From: Lachnospiraceae bacterium KM106-2
GTDB taxonomy: Bacteria; Bacillota; Clostridia; Lachnospirales; Lachnospiraceae
Direction: 5' to 3'
Length of the DNA: 32,000 bases
Assembly (NCBI GenBank): GCA_009731425.1
Contig: AP018794.1
Location: forward strand, 781,960-813,959
Position numbers and translations under genes: made by a program. This document shows, piece after piece, positions 28,044 through 32,000 of this stretch. The first letter of the stretch is position 1. Each line of letters starts with the position of its first letter. The notes beneath the pieces were generated by a model. The model saw only the letters and a list, made by a program, of their open reading frames with translations. It was not told the origin of the DNA and searched no databases.

Positions 28044-28078
28044 AAGAGGGTGTGCATGTTGCACACCCTCTTATATGT
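28044..28078 (+). terminator. Rho-independent terminator after cheR
   Basis: Perfect 12-bp stem AAGAGGGTGTGC (28044-28055) with GCACACCCTCTT (28061-28072). The T tract is weak. Confidence 0.65.
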
Positions 28079-28110
28079 TTTGTGAAGCATCAGACAAAGT
28101 AAATTATATA

Positions 28111-28139
28111 TTGATTTATTGTATGATATTTAGTATATT
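28111..28139 (+). promoter_or_regulatory. candidate sigma-A promoter for plsX-acpP (TTGATT - 17 nt - TATATT)
   Basis: Hexamers at 28111-28116 and 28134-28139 with a 17-nt spacer. Confidence 0.3.
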
Positions 28140-28169
28140 ATGTATAGATACCGACAGGGAGGAAAAATA

Positions 28170-29180
28170 ATGCAGTATAAAGTAAATGTAGCAGTAGATG
28201 CTATGGGTGGAGATAACGCCCCTGATGAAATTGTAAAAGGTGCTGTCGAAGCAGTTAAAGAAAAAAGTGAAATTAAAGTTTTTCTGGTTGGTAAGGAAGA
28301 AGCAATCCAAAATTGTTTAAAACAGTACAATTATCCGCAAGATCAGATTGAAATAGTTAATGCAGATGAAGTTATCACCAATGATGACGCTCCTGTAACA
28401 GCAATACGAAGAAAGAAAAATTCCTCCATCGTAGTTGCAATGAAACTTATTAAAGAAGGCAAAGCAGATGCCTTTGTTTCAGCAGGAAGCACAGGTGCCA
28501 TCTTAGTCGGTGGACAGTTGATAGTTGGAAGAATCAGAGGAATCGATCGTTCCCCATTAGCTCCATTGATCCCTACAGCAAAGGGAGTTTCTCTTTTAAT
28601 TGATTGTGGTGCTAATGTAGATGCGAGAGCTTCTCATTTAGTTCAATTCGCGAAATTAGGTTCTATTTATATGGAAAATGTGATTGGAATCAAAAATCCT
28701 CGAGTTGCAATCGTAAATATTGGATTAGAAGAAGAAAAAGGGAATATGTTAGTGAAAGAGACATATCCTTTATTGAAAAGTTGTGAGGATATTAACTTTA
28801 TTGGTAGTATCGAAGCAAGAGAAATACCAAATGGATATGCCGATGTAATTGTTTGCGAAGCGTTTGTCGGTAATGTAATCTTGAAGTTATACGAGGGACT
28901 TGCAGGAACGTTAGTAGGCAAGATCAAAGAAGGCATGATGAGCACAACAAAGAGTAAGATTGGTGCTGCTTTGGCAAAACCAGCTTTGAAGAAAACACTA
29001 AAAGAGTTTGATGCTACTCAGTATGGTGGAGCACCAATGCTTGGACTAAATGGATTGGTTGTAAAAACCCATGGAAGTGCAAAGAGTATTGAGGTAAAGC
29101 ATTCCATAATACAATGCATTGCTTTTAAAGAACAACAAATCAACGAAAAAATTAAAAATAATATAATAAATCAAGATTAA
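28170..29180 (+). CDS. plsX: phosphate acyltransferase PlsX
   Basis: MQYKVNVAVDAMGGDNAP..., SAGSTGA, HGS. AGGGAGG RBS before the ATG at 28170. Confidence 0.9.
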   Translation: MQYKVNVAVDAMGGDNAPDEIVKGAVEAVKEKSEIKVFLVGKEEAIQNCLKQYNYPQDQIEIVNADEVITNDDAPVTAIRRKKNSSIVVAMKLIKEGKADAFVSAGSTGAILVGGQLIVGRIRGIDRSPLAPLIPTAKGVSLLIDCGANVDARASHLVQFAKLGSIYMENVIGIKNPRVAIVNIGLEEEKGNMLVKETYPLLKSCEDINFIGSIEAREIPNGYADVIVCEAFVGNVILKLYEGLAGTLVGKIKEGMMSTTKSKIGAALAKPALKKTLKEFDATQYGGAPMLGLNGLVVKTHGSAKSIEVKHSIIQCIAFKEQQINEKIKNNIINQD

Positions 29181-29201
29181 TTGTGAGAAAGGTGATTAAT
29201 T

Positions 29202-29432
29202 ATGGAATTTGAAAAGATAAAAAAGATTATTAGCGAAGTATTAAGTATTAATGAGGAAGATATCACATTAGCGACAACATTCGTTGATGATTTAGGTGCT
29301 GATTCACTTGATGTATTCCAGATCATCATGGGTATTGAAGAAGAATTCGATATTGAGATCGCAAATGAAGATGCTGAAAAGATCGTAACAGTAGAAGATG
29401 CTGTTGAACAAATAAAGAACGCATTAAACTAA
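29202..29432 (+). CDS. acpP: acyl carrier protein
   Basis: 76 aa, with the phosphopantetheine attachment motif DLGADSLD. Confidence 0.9.
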   Translation: MEFEKIKKIISEVLSINEEDITLATTFVDDLGADSLDVFQIIMGIEEEFDIEIANEDAEKIVTVEDAVEQIKNALN

Positions 29433-29436
29433 GCGT

Positions 29437-29470
29437 AAAAAGCTGTCCTGAGTTTGCGGGCAGCTTTTTA
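29437..29470 (+). terminator. Rho-independent terminator after acpP
   Basis: AAAAAGCTGTCC (29437-29448) pairs with GGGCAGCTTTTT (29458-29469, one G-U pair). Confidence 0.75.
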
Positions 29471-29699
29471 TTTACGCGAGCAACGAGCCAAAGTCATACA
29501 GGCATGAATTTGGCGACTGTCACGATAGCCAGAAGAAGCACGGGTACCGTGGTTATTCTGGCTGGAGTGACAATGAGCCAAGGAAATGTATTTTATGACC
29601 TTGGCGACTGCCGTGATAGCCAGAAGAAGCACGTGAATCGTGGTGCTTCTGGTGGACGCGAGCAACGAGCCAAAGTCATACAGACAGGCAACGAGCCAG
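29471..29699 (+). repeat. tandem array (about 2.5 units, period 90-92 nt) of the interspersed structured repeat
   Basis: Perfect 28-nt direct repeat ACGCGAGCAACGAGCCAAAGTCATACAG at 29474-29501 and 29656-29683. TTGGCGACTG at 29510 and 29601. GATAGCCAGAAGAAGCACG at 29524-29542 and 29615-29633. Each unit carries two hairpins. Confidence 0.9.
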
Positions 29700-29716
29700 C
29701 CTTAAGGAGGAAGATC

Positions 29717-30418
29717 ATGAATCATAAAGATTCTGTTATTGAATTTGAGGAACACATTAACTATACTTTTCAAAATAAGGAATTTTTGAAAACAGCTTTA
29801 TCGCATAGTTCTTATGCAAATGAGAAAAGATTTGATAAGATTGCAAACAACGAAAGAACCGAGTTTCTTGGAGATGCTGTATTAGAGTTAGTATCTAGTG
29901 AGTTTATCTTTAAACAATACAGCAACAAAAACGAAGGTGAAATGACGAGATTACGTGCTAGTCTCGTATGCGAGCCAACACTAGCCTATTGTGCACGAGA
30001 AATCAATTTAGGAGATTACATTTTACTTGGTAAAGGGGAAGATGCTACCGGTGGAAGAGACCGTGATAGTATTCTATCAGATGCCCTAGAAGCTGTAATC
30101 GGTGCGATTTTTCTTGACGGTGGTTTTACTAATGCAAAAGAGTTCATTTTAAAATATGTATTAAATGATATCGAACACAAACAGCTCTTTTATGATAGCA
30201 AGACTATCTTACAGGAAATTGTTCAAAGTGAAAGTAAATTACCTCTTACTTATGAACTACTTTCAGAAGAGGGACCAGATCATAATAAGAAATTTACCAT
30301 TGCAGCAAAGCTTGGGGAAGAAGAGCTTGCAGTGGGCAGTGGCCGTACAAAGAAAGCAGCAGAGCAATCTGCAGCTTATCAGTCTATTATTAAATTAAGA
30401 AAAACAGGGAGGGCATAA
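29717..30418 (+). CDS. rnc: ribonuclease III
   Basis: MNHKDSVIEFEEHINYTF..., signature ERTEFLGDAVLE, C-terminal dsRBD (GPDHNKKFTI...GRTKKAAEQSAA). AAGGAGG RBS at 29704-29710. The 71 codons upstream in the track ORF are repeat sequence. Confidence 0.9.
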   Translation: MNHKDSVIEFEEHINYTFQNKEFLKTALSHSSYANEKRFDKIANNERTEFLGDAVLELVSSEFIFKQYSNKNEGEMTRLRASLVCEPTLAYCAREINLGDYILLGKGEDATGGRDRDSILSDALEAVIGAIFLDGGFTNAKEFILKYVLNDIEHKQLFYDSKTILQEIVQSESKLPLTYELLSEEGPDHNKKFTIAAKLGEEELAVGSGRTKKAAEQSAAYQSIIKLRKTGRA

Positions 30419-32000
30419 TGTATTTAAAGAGTATTGAGATCCACGGCTTTAAGTCATTTGCTCATAAGATGCTATTTGAATTCCATGATGGAATTACTGC
30501 AATTGTAGGACCGAATGGTTCCGGTAAGAGTAATGTTGGCGATGCAGTTCGTTGGGTTCTTGGTGAACAAAGCGCAAAGCAGCTTCGTGGTGCAAAGATG
30601 GAAGATATTATCTTTGCAGGTACGGAAGCTAGAAAACCGCTTGGTTTTGCTTATGTAGCAATTACTCTTGATAATTCGGATCATAAGCTGCCGGTAGATT
30701 ATGAAGAGGTAACGGTAGCCCGTCGAGTATTCCGTTCAGGTGAAAGTGAATATTTGATTAATGGTACAAACTGTCGTTTACGTGACGTACAGGAACTCTT
30801 TCTTGACACAGGTATTGGTAAAGAAGGTTATTCGATTATCGGCCAGGGTCAGATCGAGCGTATCTTAAGTGGTAAGCCAGAAGAGAGAAGAGAGTTATTT
30901 GACGAAGCCGCTGGTATTGTTAAGTTTAAAAAGCGTAAATTGACAGCTGAGAAAAACTTAGAGGCAGAAAAGCAGAATTTATATCGTATTAACGATATTT
31001 TATCAGAAATTGAGAAGCAAGTTGGCCCGTTAGAGAAACAAGCCAATACAGCCAAAGAATATTTAAAATATCGAGATGAATTGAAAGTCCTAGATGTTAA
31101 TATGTTCTTAATGGAATATGACCGCATAACAGACGATCAAAAAGCGTTAGAAGATAAGAATAAGATCGTAACTCATGATTTGAATTCGACTAAGCAAAGC
31201 TTTGATCTTGCTAAGGTAGAATACGAAAAGTTACAAGCCGAGATAGAGACTTATAACGAGCAAATTGAAGCAAATCGTAATCAGTTAAGTGAGAATCAGG
31301 TTAAGAAAGAACAGTTGGAAGGTCAGATTAAGGTCTTACAGGAACAGATTATTGCAGTTCGACAGAGTGATAGTCATTACAAAGATAGAAAGTCTGCAAT
31401 TGATAAGGATATTAAGGGGCATGAAGAATCTTTAGAAGGTTTCAAAGCGAAAAAAGATGAAATTGATAAGGATATTCAGGTGATGGCTGATTCCATTCAT
31501 GAAGTGGAAACTAAGTTAGCAACGATTCAGTCCTTGATCACAGAGTATAACACTACAATTGAAAATCTGAATGGCGATATCTTTAATGTATTAAGCGAGA
31601 ATGCCAACATTAAGACAAAGATGCAGCGCTATGAAACAATGTTAGAACAGGATAATCTGAAAAAAGTATCCTTAAATCAAAGGTTATTAAAATGTAAAAG
31701 CGATGAAGCGAACGTTGTTGAGAAAGTAAATTCTTATCAAAAAGCATTAGAAGAAATTAATGTAGAAATTACTTCAATGAATGAAAAGAATAAGCTGATG
31801 GAAGATCAGCTGAAAGAACAACAAGCTAAATTAGCAGAGCATAATCAATCATTTAATGAGACACAACAGTCTTATCATAAAGAAAAATCCCGTTTGGATT
31901 ATTTAGTTAACATAACAGAGCGTTATGAGGGATATGGTAATAGTATTAAGCGTGTCATGGAACAAAAGGAAAAGCATCCGGGAATCCATGGTGTTGTTGC
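30418..32000 (+). CDS. smc: chromosome segregation protein SMC, N-terminal part (3' end outside the window)
   Basis: Own translation from the ATG at 30418 (TAATG overlap with rnc) reads MYLKSIEIHGFKSFAHKMLFEFHDGITAIVGPNGSGKSNVGDAVRWVLGEQSAKQLRG, then a long coiled coil. The frame stays open to the window end, so it is absent from the ORF track. Confidence 0.9.
   Translation, partial: MYLKSIEIHGFKSFAHKMLFEFHDGITAIVGPNGSGKSNVGDAVRWVLGEQSAKQLRGAKMEDIIFAGTEARKPLGFAYVAITLDNSDHKLPVDYEEVTVARRVFRSGESEYLINGTNCRLRDVQELFLDTGIGKEGYSIIGQGQIERILSGKPEERRELFDEAAGIVKFKKRKLTAEKNLEAEKQNLYRINDILSEIEKQVGPLEKQANTAKEYLKYRDELKVLDVNMFLMEYDRITDDQKALEDKNKIVTHDLNSTKQSFDLAKVEYEKLQAEIETYNEQIEANRNQLSENQVKKEQLEGQIKVLQEQIIAVRQSDSHYKDRKSAIDKDIKGHEESLEGFKAKKDEIDKDIQVMADSIHEVETKLATIQSLITEYNTTIENLNGDIFNVLSENANIKTKMQRYETMLEQDNLKKVSLNQRLLKCKSDEANVVEKVNSYQKALEEINVEITSMNEKNKLMEDQLKEQQAKLAEHNQSFNETQQSYHKEKSRLDYLVNITERYEGYGNSIKRVMEQKEKHPGIHGVV

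Noticed and set aside
29471-29699. Could the tandem repeats upstream of rnc be a CRISPR array or a type III (ToxI-like) antitoxin RNA array?
   Set aside because: The units are about 91 nt and contiguous, with no unique spacers, and no cas genes are nearby. ToxI-type arrays have short (about 36 nt) repeats followed by a toxN-like endoribonuclease gene. Here the downstream gene is the conserved housekeeping rnc in its normal acpP-rnc-smc context, and the same unit occurs singly elsewhere.
29504-29716. N-terminal 71-codon extension of RNase III in the ORF track (and the analogous 35-codon extension of rimO at 17206-17310)
   Set aside because: Both extensions are translations of the repeat element. 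They have no RBS, whereas strong RBSs precede the internal ATGs (29717 and 17311), where the conserved protein sequences begin. The two copies of the repeat box are read in different frames, so the open frame is accidental.
611-31127. Numerous 60-130-aa ORFs in the track that lie antisense to or overlap the large genes (e.g. 611-814, 3034-3234, 9068-9466, 19575-19916, 27564-27821, 30849-31127)
   Set aside because: They lie inside well-supported conserved genes on the opposite strand or in another frame. They lack RBSs and have low-complexity, Leu/Ser/Phe-rich composition typical of antisense reading of AT-rich coding DNA.

Overview
AT-rich chromosomal segment from a low-GC Firmicute. Gene content and order look clostridial or Lachnospiraceae-like: a fused ispH-rpsA, plsX-acpP-rnc-smc, rimO-pgsA-cinA, and a T-box in front of metG. 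About 28 mostly housekeeping genes are present: a BMP-type ABC transporter, ilvE, pyrBI, an aconitase-family hydratase, metG, ferredoxin, a CwlC-like amidase, folD, rimO, pgsA, cinA, a lipoprotein plus an MCP, an FAD oxidoreductase, cmk, ispH/S1, cheR, plsX, acpP, rnc and smc. I see no prophage, IS element, CRISPR array, rRNA or tRNA. The most unusual signal is non-coding. A roughly 90-100 nt two-hairpin repeat family occurs in the same orientation at four or five intergenic sites. It is a 2.5-unit tandem array in the rnc leader, a single copy in the rimO leader, a copy abutting the metG/fdx terminator, a hairpin-less remnant in the metG leader, and a possible vestige before folD. Conserved boxes flank stems that differ in sequence but keep their pairing. 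Secondary observations are a T-box whose hand-folded specifier loop contains no AUG, and a MetRS with a degenerate KMSKS motif (KASSS). All calls come from reading the sequence and the ORF track by eye; no searches were run.
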